In this document: positions 36,366 to 45,275 of the stretch, in pieces
Position numbering within the stretch: the first letter of the stretch is position 1
Layout: each line of letters begins with the position of its first letter
Assembly: GCA_031408455.1 (NCBI GenBank)
Contig: JANNWF010000302.1
Coordinates: 1-45,572, forward strand
Length of the DNA stretch: 45,572 bases
Origin: Pseudoxanthomonas sp.
Lineage (GTDB): Bacteria > Pseudomonadota > Gammaproteobacteria > Xanthomonadales > Xanthomonadaceae
Reading direction: 5' to 3'
Position numbers and translations under genes: made by a program
The notes under the pieces: generated by a model
Database searches by the model: none
Told to the model about the DNA's origin: nothing
The model's input: the letters and a program-made list of their open reading frames with translations, nothing else

Positions 36366-37055
36366 ATGATCGATCTGTATTACTGGCCCACACCCAACGG
36401 CCACAAAGTGACTTTGTTGTTGGAAGAGGCCGAGCTTGCGTATCGACTCGTGCCGGTCAACATTGGCACGGGTGACCAATTCAAGCCGGAGTTTCTGGCC
36501 ATTTCGCCCAACAATCGCATGCCGGCCATGGTCGACCACGCGCCGCTGGGCGGCGGTGAGCCGATCAGCGTGTTCGAGTCTGCGGCCATTCTCGTCTACC
36601 TCGCCGAGAAGACCGGCCGCTTCCTGCCCACCGACCTACGCGAGCGCAAACAAGTGTTCGAGTGGTTGTTCTGGCAGATGGGCGGCTTCGGCCCGATGCT
36701 GGGCCAGAACCACCATTTCACTCGCTACGCGCCGGAGAAAATTCCGTATGCCATCGAGCGCTATCAACGCGAAGCGGCGCGACTGTATGGGGTGCTGGAC
36801 AAACACCTGAGCGGCCGCGAATTCATCGCCGGTAACAGCCTCAGCATCGCCGACATGGCCTGTCACCCGTGGGCGGACATCTGCCACTGGCATCACATCG
36901 ATCTGGCTGACTATCCCGAAGTCAGCCGTTGGCATGCCGCGATCAAAACGCGTCCTGCGGTGATGCGCGCTTATGCACGGAAAGAGGAATTCGCGAAGCC
37001 GACGGAGCTGTCGGAAGAAGCCAAGCGGAACTTGTTTGGGCCAAGGCCAAGCTGA
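36366..37055 (+). CDS. yfcG: Nu-class glutathione S-transferase / disulfide reductase, YfcG-like
   Basis: MIDLYYWPTPNGHKVTLLLEEAEL.Y......G.GDQFKPEFLAISPNNRMPAMVDH...GGEP and WLFWQMGGFGPMLGQNHHF...IPYAIERYQ are nearly collinear with E. coli YfcG. Confidence 0.88.
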   Translation: MIDLYYWPTPNGHKVTLLLEEAELAYRLVPVNIGTGDQFKPEFLAISPNNRMPAMVDHAPLGGGEPISVFESAAILVYLAEKTGRFLPTDLRERKQVFEWLFWQMGGFGPMLGQNHHFTRYAPEKIPYAIERYQREAARLYGVLDKHLSGREFIAGNSLSIADMACHPWADICHWHHIDLADYPEVSRWHAAIKTRPAVMRAYARKEEFAKPTELSEEAKRNLFGPRPS

Positions 37056-37092
37056 AGGTCGGGACCCGGGTTCGGAGTTCTGCGCACATTCC

Positions 37093-37196
37093 CGATGCAC
37101 AAAGCAGCGGAGCAAGCTCCGCTCTACAACAGCAGCGCTTCGCATGCGCTGGCGGGCTGTGGTAGAGCGGAGCTTGCTCCGCTGCTTTGCGCATCG
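37093..37196. repeat. Inverted pair of a second palindromic repeat family (gtagagcggagcttgctccgc type)
   Basis: The 35-nt arms at 37093-37127 and 37162-37196 are reverse complements with one mismatch. The spacer is 34 nt. Confidence 0.88.
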
Positions 37197-37219
37197 ATGG
37201 CCAAGAGCGAAGACTGGTA

Positions 37220-37258
37220 CCCCAGCCCCCAGCCCCCAGCCCCCAGCCCCCAGCCCCC
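37220..37258 (-). repeat. Tandem heptamer array (GGGGGCT on the minus strand), about 5.5 units
   Basis: The plus strand reads ccccag (cccccag)x4 ccccc. The last C is the first base of the pepQ stop codon complement (cta at 37258-37260). Confidence 0.95.
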
Positions 37259-38562
37259 TACAAGGCAAACGCATCCCGACTCAGATTCTCTGGTGCGCCA
37301 TCGGTGCACACCACGTCGTCCTCAATCCGAACCCCACCAAAGCGGTGCAAATGCTCGATCCGTTTCCAATTGACGGCACCGGCATGCGGTCCGGCGCGCA
37401 GGCCGGCGAGCAAGGTATCGATGAAATAAATACCGGGTTCGATGGTGACCACCATGCTGGGGGCCAGCGTGCGTGTCAGGCGTAACGCTGAGTGGCCGGT
37501 TGGTTTTTCGACGCGGCCGCCCGCCTCATCGCGCTGAAAGCCGGCGACGTCGTGCACCTGCAGCCCGAGCAAGTGGCCCAGACCGTGCGGGAAAAACACG
37601 CTGCTGACACCGCTGTCGAGCATGGCGTCGGCGTCCATGCGCACGATGTCCTGTTCGCGCAAAACGTCAGCGAGCATCCGGTGGCAGTCGAGGTGCAGGG
37701 CGGCGTAGTCCTGGCCGCTGCGAACGCGATCCACCAAGTCCAATTGCACGCGATCAACGCCGGCTATCAGCGCCGCGAAGTCGGCATCGTCGGCTGCATA
37801 GGTACGGGTGATATCGGCGGCGTAACCGGCTTGCGATGCGCCCGCGTCGATCAAAAAGGCGCGTGACTCGGCCGGCGCGGTGGCCTCTTGATACTGGTAG
37901 TGCAGCACCGCGCCATGTTCGTTGAGGGCAACGATGTTGCCGTAGGGCAGGTCGAGGTCGTTGTGGCCGGTGGCATTGAGGTAGGCACGGTGGATACCAA
38001 GCTCGGATTGGCCATCACGAAAGGTTTGCTCAGCAGCCCGATGCCCACGCACGGCACGGATTTGCGCGAGCCGCATCTGGGTCAACTCATATGGCGTCTT
38101 GAAGGCACGGTGGTAGTGCAGGTAGTCGATCAACGCCGGCGGATTGTGTGGCAGATAGTCGCCAGTGGCCGCATCGGCTTCGCCCACGATGGCGCAGGCG
38201 TTGGCAGTTGGCAGCTGGGCGGCAACTTGACTGCGGTCAGTGACGATGCGGATGTCGAAGTGCTCGACCCATTCGCCACTGGGCGCAGCTGGCGGCAAAT
38301 GCCAATAATCGTCGGGCTGGTAGTACACAAGCACCGGCTTGGTGCCGGGCGTGATCGCCAGCCAGCAATGCGGATGCTCGGTCAGTGGCAACCAATGTTT
38401 GAAATGCGGATTGACCTGAAACGGATATGGGCGGTCGTCAAGAAAGTGGTACTTCTGCACGCCCGATGCGATCAATAGATGGTCGCGGTTGACCCGACGA
38501 AGTGCTTCTGCGCTGCGCGCCTGCAGGGTGGCGATGTGGTCGGCGTAGACGGTGTTGGCCAT
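37258..38562 (-). CDS. pepQ: Xaa-Pro dipeptidase (prolidase)
   Basis: 434 aa, collinear with E. coli PepQ: HIATLQ, DDRPYPFQVNPHFKHW, YGNIVALNEHGAVLHY, GYAADITRT, PHGLGHLLGLQVHDVAGF, TIEPGIYFI and FGGVRIEDDVV. Confidence 0.95.
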   Translation of the reverse strand: MANTVYADHIATLQARSAEALRRVNRDHLLIASGVQKYHFLDDRPYPFQVNPHFKHWLPLTEHPHCWLAITPGTKPVLVYYQPDDYWHLPPAAPSGEWVEHFDIRIVTDRSQVAAQLPTANACAIVGEADAATGDYLPHNPPALIDYLHYHRAFKTPYELTQMRLAQIRAVRGHRAAEQTFRDGQSELGIHRAYLNATGHNDLDLPYGNIVALNEHGAVLHYQYQEATAPAESRAFLIDAGASQAGYAADITRTYAADDADFAALIAGVDRVQLDLVDRVRSGQDYAALHLDCHRMLADVLREQDIVRMDADAMLDSGVSSVFFPHGLGHLLGLQVHDVAGFQRDEAGGRVEKPTGHSALRLTRTLAPSMVVTIEPGIYFIDTLLAGLRAGPHAGAVNWKRIEHLHRFGGVRIEDDVVCTDGAPENLSRDAFAL

Positions 38563-38667
38563 GGCTCAATCGACGATTTTCAAGAGCACCGATTGTGCAC
38601 TAGCGGCTCGCGACTGGCGCTTGCAGTTCCGCTTTTGCGGCGTTGCTTCCGTCGCCCGCGCAACTTA

Positions 38668-38745
38668 GGAGGGCCGCGCTCCCGCGCGGCTGCTTTTCGG
38701 TTCGCGTCTCGTTGGAGAAGCAGCGCCGCAGGAGCGGTGCCCTCC
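38668..38745. repeat. Imperfect inverted repeat of a third GC-rich family (ggagggccgcgctcccgcgcggctgctt type)
   Basis: The arms at 38668-38695 and 38718-38745 match at about 23/28 positions by hand. Confidence 0.6.
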
Positions 38746-38787
38746 CGAGGCGACGCCGTTCGGTCGAAGTGTGCTGGAGTAAAGCCG

Positions 38788-39858
38788 CTAGTGGCTGCGC
38801 GGCTCAGGCTCCGAACACGGGCCGACGGTACCCGTCAGCGGCCCTAACCGCAGCGGATCACGATGCATGCTTACGCGTTGCGCCATGGCCGCCGTCATCA
38901 TCAATTCGTTGTGCTCGGTGAGCAGCAGGGCGCAACGCACGCCTAGCTTGTCTAGCACGCTCGCAAACCCCGATTCGCCGGCCACCATCAAGGCGATGCT
39001 CGCGACGTCGGCGACGACCGGATCTGGATGCAGCACATTGACCCCGACAATGCCCATCGCCGGCAATCCGCTGCGCGGGTCGACCACCTGCGGCCAGCGG
39101 GTGCCGGTCGGCGATTCGCGATAACGGTTGTAGCTGCCAGAGGAATACAAAGCCTCACCGTCAAGCAAATCAACCGTCGCCAAGGGCTGGCCGCCTTGGT
39201 TGAACGGATCACGCAAGTCGGCTTGCCACGGGCGGGCGTCGTCGCTGCCGATGGCATACAGATCGCCACCCATGGCGATGAAGGCATGTTTGACGCCGTG
39301 CTGACGCAGGATGCGAACAATATGTTCGGTCGCGACGCCTTCGACGATCGCACCGAAATCGAGTCGAACTGCGGGATTGCGACTTTGCAGGCCGTCGGCG
39401 GAAAGTAGCAAGTCGTCGAAGCTGGGATCGGACTCTCGCCACGCTTCGATCTGTTTGGCGTTGGGTGGGCCGGTCGTGATGGGAAAGTCATTGGTGTAGA
39501 ACCCCCACATTTGCATCAGTCCACCGACGCTGGGGTCGAACAATCCATCGGTCGCTGCGGCCATCGCGAGGCTGCGTTCGGTGATGTCGCGCATCAGCGG
39601 CGTCAGGGGCACCTTGCCGCCGCTCGCAAGGCCCGCATTCAGTGTCATCAGCGCGCCGGGCTCCCACGCATGCCATTGCTGATGCAAGGCTTGCATTTCG
39701 TTACGGATCTCGGCGAGTGCTGCCTGCGCCACCGGCGCCGGTGCGCCCAAGATTTCGATGTTTGCTGAGCTACCGAAGACAACAACCGTTTCGCTGCTGC
39801 GTTCAAGCGGCGCCTGGCAACCCGCCATCAGCATCAGCAACAGCACCGTCCAGCGCAT
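38788..39858 (-). CDS. apbE: FAD:protein FMN transferase (ApbE family) lipoprotein
   Basis: MRWTVLLLMLMAGCQ is a lipobox. The body is ApbE-like (FDPSVGGL, GAIVEGVATE, AMGGDLYA, SGSYNRY). I prefer the ATG at 39858. Confidence 0.85.
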   Translation of the reverse strand: MRWTVLLLMLMAGCQAPLERSSETVVVFGSSANIEILGAPAPVAQAALAEIRNEMQALHQQWHAWEPGALMTLNAGLASGGKVPLTPLMRDITERSLAMAAATDGLFDPSVGGLMQMWGFYTNDFPITTGPPNAKQIEAWRESDPSFDDLLLSADGLQSRNPAVRLDFGAIVEGVATEHIVRILRQHGVKHAFIAMGGDLYAIGSDDARPWQADLRDPFNQGGQPLATVDLLDGEALYSSGSYNRYRESPTGTRWPQVVDPRSGLPAMGIVGVNVLHPDPVVADVASIALMVAGESGFASVLDKLGVRCALLLTEHNELMMTAAMAQRVSMHRDPLRLGPLTGTVGPCSEPEPRSH

Positions 39859-40059
39859 CGGCAGATCTGGGCCGTGGTGATTGTGTACTGATCCCGATGC
39901 AAGCTGCTCGGCATTGGCGGGCCGACCTGCCGGCCTCGCTAGACCGCGCATTCGCTTACCGATGCGTGGTCTCTTGGCGGGCATGAGGTCAGCAAACCGT
40001 CCAAGCAGTGTCCTTGCGCTGTCAGCCCTTCGAGCCGATCACCAAAGCCCGAATGGCTG

Positions 40060-40410
40060 TTACGCATATTGCCCGCCGGGCGCATCAATCCATGCGCGCA
40101 GCGTGTCGAGATGTTCCGGGCCGAGGTCGATAAAGCGAAAGCCACACCAGTGTTGGCCGGTGGCGCTGGCGTCTTCCAGCCAGAGTTGGTGCGCGCCTAC
40201 ATCAATCCGATGCGGCCGGCTATCGCCGACAGGCAAATGAAAGCGCAGCTGATAAAGGGCGTCATCGACCAAGCCCTGGGTCGCCAGCACCATCATTCCG
40301 GATTCGGAAAGATTGCCGATTCGACCGATGCTGGAATCCGACATGGTGTCGATGACTTCGATGGTTTCCAGCGCGCGGCGGCGCTTGGCACGACGGAACT
40401 CGTCGCTCAT
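40060..40410 (-). CDS. PilZ-domain c-di-GMP-binding protein (116 aa)
   Basis: Both canonical motifs are present: RRAKRRR (RxxxR) and GNLSESG ((D/N)xSxxG). The ATG at 40410 overlaps the stop of the upstream gene (ATGA). Confidence 0.85.
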   Translation of the reverse strand: MSDEFRRAKRRRALETIEVIDTMSDSSIGRIGNLSESGMMVLATQGLVDDALYQLRFHLPVGDSRPHRIDVGAHQLWLEDASATGQHWCGFRFIDLGPEHLDTLRAWIDAPGGQYA

Positions 40411-42944
40411 GTGGCCGCCTCCGGTTGCGCGCTGCCGCCGCCGAACGAGCGCAGGGTGCCGACGATGGCTTTCCAAGCGCGGTCCACCAAGGTGCTGGTG
40501 TCTTCGGCCAATACCGAGGCACGACCCGCGACAATTTCGCGCGCCAGAAAGGCCAATGAGAATTCGCCTTGCCGCTGGCCACGGTGATTGACTAACAGAC
40601 AGTTGCCAGTGACTGGGCTGAACCACGCCATGCGCCGCCGCACCGGCTCTTTGCGCTCCGGCGTGGTCATCTCGAACCAAGATCCGAATGGCAGCCGCTT
40701 GAGGGCATCAAACTGTTTGCGCTCGGCTGCATCCAACTGGTCAGCGCGCACGGTTTCCGCCGTGCCAGGGCCGCTCGGTCCGCTTTGTCCGAAGCGCGTG
40801 CGCTGCTTTAGCTTCAACGCGAGTTCGGTGCGCGAGGCGGAGTCGTCATCCTCTTCGTCGGCAGTTGACGTCAGCAAGCGAGCGGCGACCGCGCGTGCGT
40901 CATCGATGTGATAGCCGACCTGACCCAATGCTTGCTCGATCTCCTCGCGCAGCGGCTGCACGTCGGTCGGCGGAATGCTGGCGGCACCGGTCGTGCGCGT
41001 CGCTACGGCAGAGTGAATCAGGCGGTCTGCGATTTGCAGCTGATGCCGATACGATTCCGAGTTCTCGCCCTCGCGCAGTGCCGACAGCGCGAGTACATCG
41101 GCCCAGCTCTGATCAAGCAAGCTGCGGAGAAACTTGGGTACGCGTTTGCCGGCCAAGCGCGCGTCGATAGCTTCGGCGGCGTGCAAGCGGGCAGTTTCAA
41201 GCTTCTCTTTGCCTCGCGCCGCTTCGACGTGTCGGCGTTCGGCGATCTCGGCCTTGCGGGTTTGCGCCTGCACTTGTTGGCCGATATCGCCGGCCAAGCG
41301 CTCTAGCAGTCCCAGGTCACCATCAAATTCGCGGCCGACACGTTCAACCACCATGCCCATTCGGTTGGCTAAATCGCGATCCACCTCGTCATCAGCGGAC
41401 AGGTGAAACGTGGCTTCGGCCACTGCATTCAGCATCTGCCGTGCGGGATGTTCGGACTGCGAGAAAAACTTGCGATCCTCCAGCGCCACGCGCAGCAGTG
41501 GGACTTGTAGCTTCGCCAGCAATGACGCCGCGGCACTGTTTGGCCGCACGTCCTTCATCACTTGGTCGAACAGCATGCCGACCAAGTCGATGGCGTCGTT
41601 GTCTTCTTCGCGCAGGGCGGCTGCTGCGCCGCCTTCGCTGACCTGACGCAGCTCAGTCATCAGATCCTGTTTGAGGTGAGACACCGAGCGCACCACGCTG
41701 CGGTCGCCAACTCGCACCGTCGGCTGCGACGTGGTTTGCAATCGACTGAGTGCGCCCTGTACAGCCGCGGGCTGCGCTTCAACAGCGGCGCGCGCTCCTG
41801 GCGGTGGTCGCTTGCTACCCAACTTGCCAAGCAGCGAGCGCTTGCCGTCCATCAGCCGGCGCAGGCTATTGAAAAACTCTTCGTCACCCAACGGCGAATC
41901 AATATCCGCCGCAATCACCGCGTTGACATCGGTTGCCGTTTGCGAGCGCGCTTGGGCCAACTCGGTCTTGTCTGGAAAGCGCATCGCTGGTGGGTTCGCC
42001 GCGGGCGGTCGAGCGCGCTCGCCACCTCGCGACGGCGATGGAATGAGGGCAGCTGAGCTCGCAAACGCTGACTCGTCTCCCCATTCGTCTGCTCTACCAT
42101 CATCAGCCGGCGGATGGGCTGCTGGGTGCGGCCGTGTACTCACGGGTGCGGCAGCGGGTGGTGCCTGCGGCGGCACTGGCGGACGCTCGGCAGCGGCGGG
42201 CCGGGGTGCGGTCGATTGGCCATTCACTGGCCCTCGCTTCAAGCGCACTGGCACGAAGGTCATGTGCGGCAACACGCCTTCAGCTACCAAAAACGTGTTG
42301 ATCGAGTCGTAAAACGAGCTGGCAAACACGCCCATGTGCTTTTCGAACTGGCGAAACAGCAGCACGCGGTGCTCGCTTTCCAATTTCAGCGGATGCACCA
42401 CCATTCGCAGAATTCTGCACAGCGCTTTCGGGCCGATCGGCAAGTGCTCCGCATCGAAAGCCGGCCGCGAGGCCAATACACCAAACCGTTGACCGAGCAG
42501 AAACAGCGGCATTCCGCAGCGCATTTCCGCGCGCGTCCCCGCTTCCTTGAGCACGATGTCTTCTTCGATATCGACGTCGTTGACTAAGCTTAGTGTTTGC
42601 GACTTCACAGCGACCGCAGCCTCGACCTTGGGCGGCAACCGCAAGCAGGCGACGCTGGCCTCAAGCTCGGCCATGAACAGCGGCGTGACTAGCGGACGGG
42701 CGCGCCGGGCTTCGTCGAGTACGCCGCTGTACTGACGTTGCAGGTCGTAATTGCGGGCGCCTTCGGCAAGCCTGAACAGAGCCAGTTCAAACTCGTCCAA
42801 GGTCGCGGCCATCCAGCGGCGCAACTCGTCAGACGTGAGTTTCAACACGCCTTCGCTCAGAGCGAGGGCGCGCCGCGGTAGCCCGGCCTGTGCAAGCAGA
42901 CGCGGACCCGCTGACGAATGATCTTGTGTAGCCGTGGCTTGCAT
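40407..42944 (-). CDS. DUF1631 family protein (845 aa, function unknown)
   Basis: The N-terminal and C-terminal blocks (KRLPFGSWFEM...RRRMAWFSPVTGNCLLVNHRGQR) match my recollection of DUF1631 proteins. There is a central Pro/Ala-rich low-complexity insert. Confidence 0.7.
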   Translation of the reverse strand: MQATATQDHSSAGPRLLAQAGLPRRALALSEGVLKLTSDELRRWMAATLDEFELALFRLAEGARNYDLQRQYSGVLDEARRARPLVTPLFMAELEASVACLRLPPKVEAAVAVKSQTLSLVNDVDIEEDIVLKEAGTRAEMRCGMPLFLLGQRFGVLASRPAFDAEHLPIGPKALCRILRMVVHPLKLESEHRVLLFRQFEKHMGVFASSFYDSINTFLVAEGVLPHMTFVPVRLKRGPVNGQSTAPRPAAAERPPVPPQAPPAAAPVSTRPHPAAHPPADDGRADEWGDESAFASSAALIPSPSRGGERARPPAANPPAMRFPDKTELAQARSQTATDVNAVIAADIDSPLGDEEFFNSLRRLMDGKRSLLGKLGSKRPPPGARAAVEAQPAAVQGALSRLQTTSQPTVRVGDRSVVRSVSHLKQDLMTELRQVSEGGAAAALREEDNDAIDLVGMLFDQVMKDVRPNSAAASLLAKLQVPLLRVALEDRKFFSQSEHPARQMLNAVAEATFHLSADDEVDRDLANRMGMVVERVGREFDGDLGLLERLAGDIGQQVQAQTRKAEIAERRHVEAARGKEKLETARLHAAEAIDARLAGKRVPKFLRSLLDQSWADVLALSALREGENSESYRHQLQIADRLIHSAVATRTTGAASIPPTDVQPLREEIEQALGQVGYHIDDARAVAARLLTSTADEEDDDSASRTELALKLKQRTRFGQSGPSGPGTAETVRADQLDAAERKQFDALKRLPFGSWFEMTTPERKEPVRRRMAWFSPVTGNCLLVNHRGQRQGEFSLAFLAREIVAGRASVLAEDTSTLVDRAWKAIVGTLRSFGGGSAQPEAAT

Positions 42945-43063
42945 TAGTTGGGGCCCATAAGGACCCTACGATTTTAAGCGCCTCGACTGGCGGATGGGAA
43001 ACAGCGAATGCAAGCGCCGCCGCCTAACCAGAGCCATTCAGCAAATCTGCAAGTCTGAATGCT

Positions 43064-44869
43064 TTATTCAGGCGACCAACGCAACTGCAGGCTGGCCGTG
43101 GCGCCTGCGGTATTGAAGCCTCGGACCAGGGTGTAATCGTTGTCCAAGGCATTGTCCAGCCTCAGATCGACGCTAAACGCGTTGGCCAAAGGCCAGTGCA
43201 GCCATCCTCCCAGCAAGGCGTAGCCGGGCAGCGCGCCGGCAAACTCCGGTCGTGCTGACACCGCATGCACTTCGAGGCCAAAACGGCCACGGCCAATCGC
43301 ATGCTCGATGCTTGCGCTGGCTTTGCGCGCAGGCCGGCGTAGCAGCGCGCTGTCGGTGTCCTCGTCGCGCGCTTGTTGCCAGCCGAGATTGGCGGTCAGC
43401 TGCCACTCGCCAATCGGTGCGCGGGCTTCAAGTTCCACGCCACGCAGCGTCGCGCGGCGGATGTTGATCGCTTGAAACATCTCGCCACCGCTGAAGTCGA
43501 TCAAGCCTTCGACTCGATTGCGGTAGGCCGACAGCGACAGGTCAACGCGCTCGCCTTGCCAATCCGCGCCAAGCTCGAATGCGCGCGATCGCTCCGGCCC
43601 AAGATTGGGATTGCCAGCAAAGAAACCCGAAAATCCTGGCGAGTAAAGTTCATTCAAGGTCGGCGCGCGGAAGCCTTCGCCGCCGCTAGCGCGTAGGCGG
43701 GGGCCACCTTCAATCCGCCAACCCAAGGCTGCTTGCAGGGAGGTCTCGCCGCCAAAGCTGTCGTAGTTGTCGTGGCGTACTCCCAGCTCCCAATCCAGTG
43801 CGGCGGCGCTGTCGCGCCAGCTGGTGAACAGCGCCCGTTGCCGACGGCTATCGTCGTACACCGCAGCCCCCTCAAAGGTGTCAATGCTGCGGCCGTCATC
43901 TTCAACCAGGCTCAGCCCATACAACCATTCACCGTGCTCGCCCAGCGGCTGCGTGCGCTGTGCTTCGAGTTGTGTGCGGCGGGTTTCAAAGCGGCTGAAA
44001 AAGTCGGCTGTGTGCAAGTTCTCGCGGCTACGCGCGAGCTGAACCAACCACGGTTGCTGACCACCGCCGGCCAGGGTCAGATTCAATGACGAGGCATCCA
44101 GCGACGACTCGCCTTGGTCAAACTCGATCTCCGATTCGCTATGCAGCAACTGCCCATCCAAGCGTAGGCTATCGCCAATCCACGCCGCATCGGCGTTCAG
44201 ACTTTGCTGTTGATAGCCGTCGCGATCCGGATCGAAGCTAAAGCCGTCAGCGTTCTGCGCGCTGAAACCCGCGCTGTCGCTGAGCGCCGCACGCACGCCG
44301 AATCCGCCGCTCTCACTGCGTTGCCCAAACCCCGCTTCGCCCAACCAAGTGTCGTGACTGGCCACGCCCAGCAAGCCGCTAGGGCCATTCGCGCGACGGG
44401 TGAAAATCTGTACCACGCCGCCGATGGCATCGGAACCGAATAAGGCAGCGCGCGGACCGCGCACAATCTCAATGCGCTCAATCTGCGCCAACGGCAGCTG
44501 CTCCCACGCGTAGGCGCCAGTCGTCGCCGAAGCGACGCGCACGCCGTCGATCAAGACCAGCACGTGATTGGAATTGCTGCCACGCATAAATACCGAGGTC
44601 TGCTGACCCAAGCCGCCGCCACGAACAATGTCGACGCCGGCCTGACTGCGCAACAAGGTCAGCACATCGTTACTGCCGCTTTGCTCAATGGTTACGCGAT
44701 CAATGACGCTGACCGACGCCAACGCTGCGTCCTGCGCAATCGGTGTGCGGGTGGCGGTGACTATCACCTCGGGTTGCCGCACCTCAGCGGCGACCAAGGG
44801 CCACGCCGACGCCATTGCGACGCCAAACACGGTCACCCGTGCGGCACCCACCACTATGAAATTTGCCAA
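43064..44869 (-). CDS. btuB: TonB-dependent outer-membrane receptor, BtuB-like (cobalamin)
   Basis: A signal peptide is followed by the TonB-box-like EVIVTATRT. The plug motifs (VLVLIDGVR) and a beta-barrel follow, and there is a B12 riboswitch upstream. I prefer the TTG at 44869, which has GAGGAG 6 nt upstream; the track extension to 45064 is Arg-rich and overlaps the leader. Confidence 0.88.
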   Translation of the reverse strand: MANFIVVGAARVTVFGVAMASAWPLVAAEVRQPEVIVTATRTPIAQDAALASVSVIDRVTIEQSGSNDVLTLLRSQAGVDIVRGGGLGQQTSVFMRGSNSNHVLVLIDGVRVASATTGAYAWEQLPLAQIERIEIVRGPRAALFGSDAIGGVVQIFTRRANGPSGLLGVASHDTWLGEAGFGQRSESGGFGVRAALSDSAGFSAQNADGFSFDPDRDGYQQQSLNADAAWIGDSLRLDGQLLHSESEIEFDQGESSLDASSLNLTLAGGGQQPWLVQLARSRENLHTADFFSRFETRRTQLEAQRTQPLGEHGEWLYGLSLVEDDGRSIDTFEGAAVYDDSRRQRALFTSWRDSAAALDWELGVRHDNYDSFGGETSLQAALGWRIEGGPRLRASGGEGFRAPTLNELYSPGFSGFFAGNPNLGPERSRAFELGADWQGERVDLSLSAYRNRVEGLIDFSGGEMFQAINIRRATLRGVELEARAPIGEWQLTANLGWQQARDEDTDSALLRRPARKASASIEHAIGRGRFGLEVHAVSARPEFAGALPGYALLGGWLHWPLANAFSVDLRLDNALDNDYTLVRGFNTAGATASLQLRWSPE

Positions 44870-44879
44870 AAGAAACTCC

Positions 44880-45205
44880 TCGAAACGCTCACCCGCGGAA
44901 TGGGCACGCACGCGGTGAGGATGAGGCGAGGATTCACGGCCAGTTTGCGGGCGCGCGACTCCGCGCCATCGCCCGCCGCGACGTGCTGCGACGCCTATCC
45001 GTCCACATGACATGCGGACGCACGGCGTACTCAAAGCCGGTCTCCGGACTTGCAGGGCGCTCAAAGGACGTGACCGTCCAGCGAGCCTGACCAGCGCCTT
45101 CCCATCTCCGAAGAAACAGTGGCTATCGCTGACCTACACCTGCTTACCGTTGCGGGGGCAGCGCCGGACTCTCACCGGCTTCCCGAACACTCTAAGCGGC
45201 GCGCA
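44880..45205 (-). promoter_or_regulatory. Cobalamin (B12) riboswitch and expression platform in the btuB leader
   Basis: The minus strand reads GGGAAGCCGGUGAGAGUCCGGCGCUGCCCCCGCAACGGUAAGC ... AGCCACUG ... GGGAAGGCG, which is the conserved core plus B12 box. The aptamer spans roughly 45085-45200. The ends are approximate. Confidence 0.88.
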
Positions 45206-45248
45206 GTGTAGGGGATGGGGGGCGGGGGTACAAACTGGAAGTTTGTTC

Positions 45249-45275
45249 GTCATTCTGGCGAAGGCCGGAATCCAG
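45249..45275. repeat. Single CCGGAAT-family palindromic unit
   Basis: gtcattctggcgaaggccggaatccag is the same family as the units at 14951, 36183 and 6264. Confidence 0.8.

Noticed and set aside
36027-37485. The ORFs 36027..36539(-), 36636..37274(-), 36973..37485(+) and other small ORFs that span the GST flanks.
   Set aside because: They run through the heptamer arrays and palindromic repeats (translations such as GLGTRDSGLGTRDS and WGLGAGGWGLG) and are antisense to real genes. They are repeat-driven artefacts.
38788-42944. ApbE as the flavinylation enzyme for the neighbouring DUF1631 protein, via the TTGAAS stretch.
   Set aside because: The stretch does not match the (S/T)GA(T/S) flavinylation motif. 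ApbE is a periplasmic lipoprotein whereas the DUF1631 protein has no signal peptide. A 200-bp gap also separates the genes.
43025-43063. A hairpin, cattcag-N13-ctgaatg, just after the btuB stop, considered as a possible terminator.
   Set aside because: It has only a 7-bp AU-containing stem with a large loop and no following U-tract on the minus strand.
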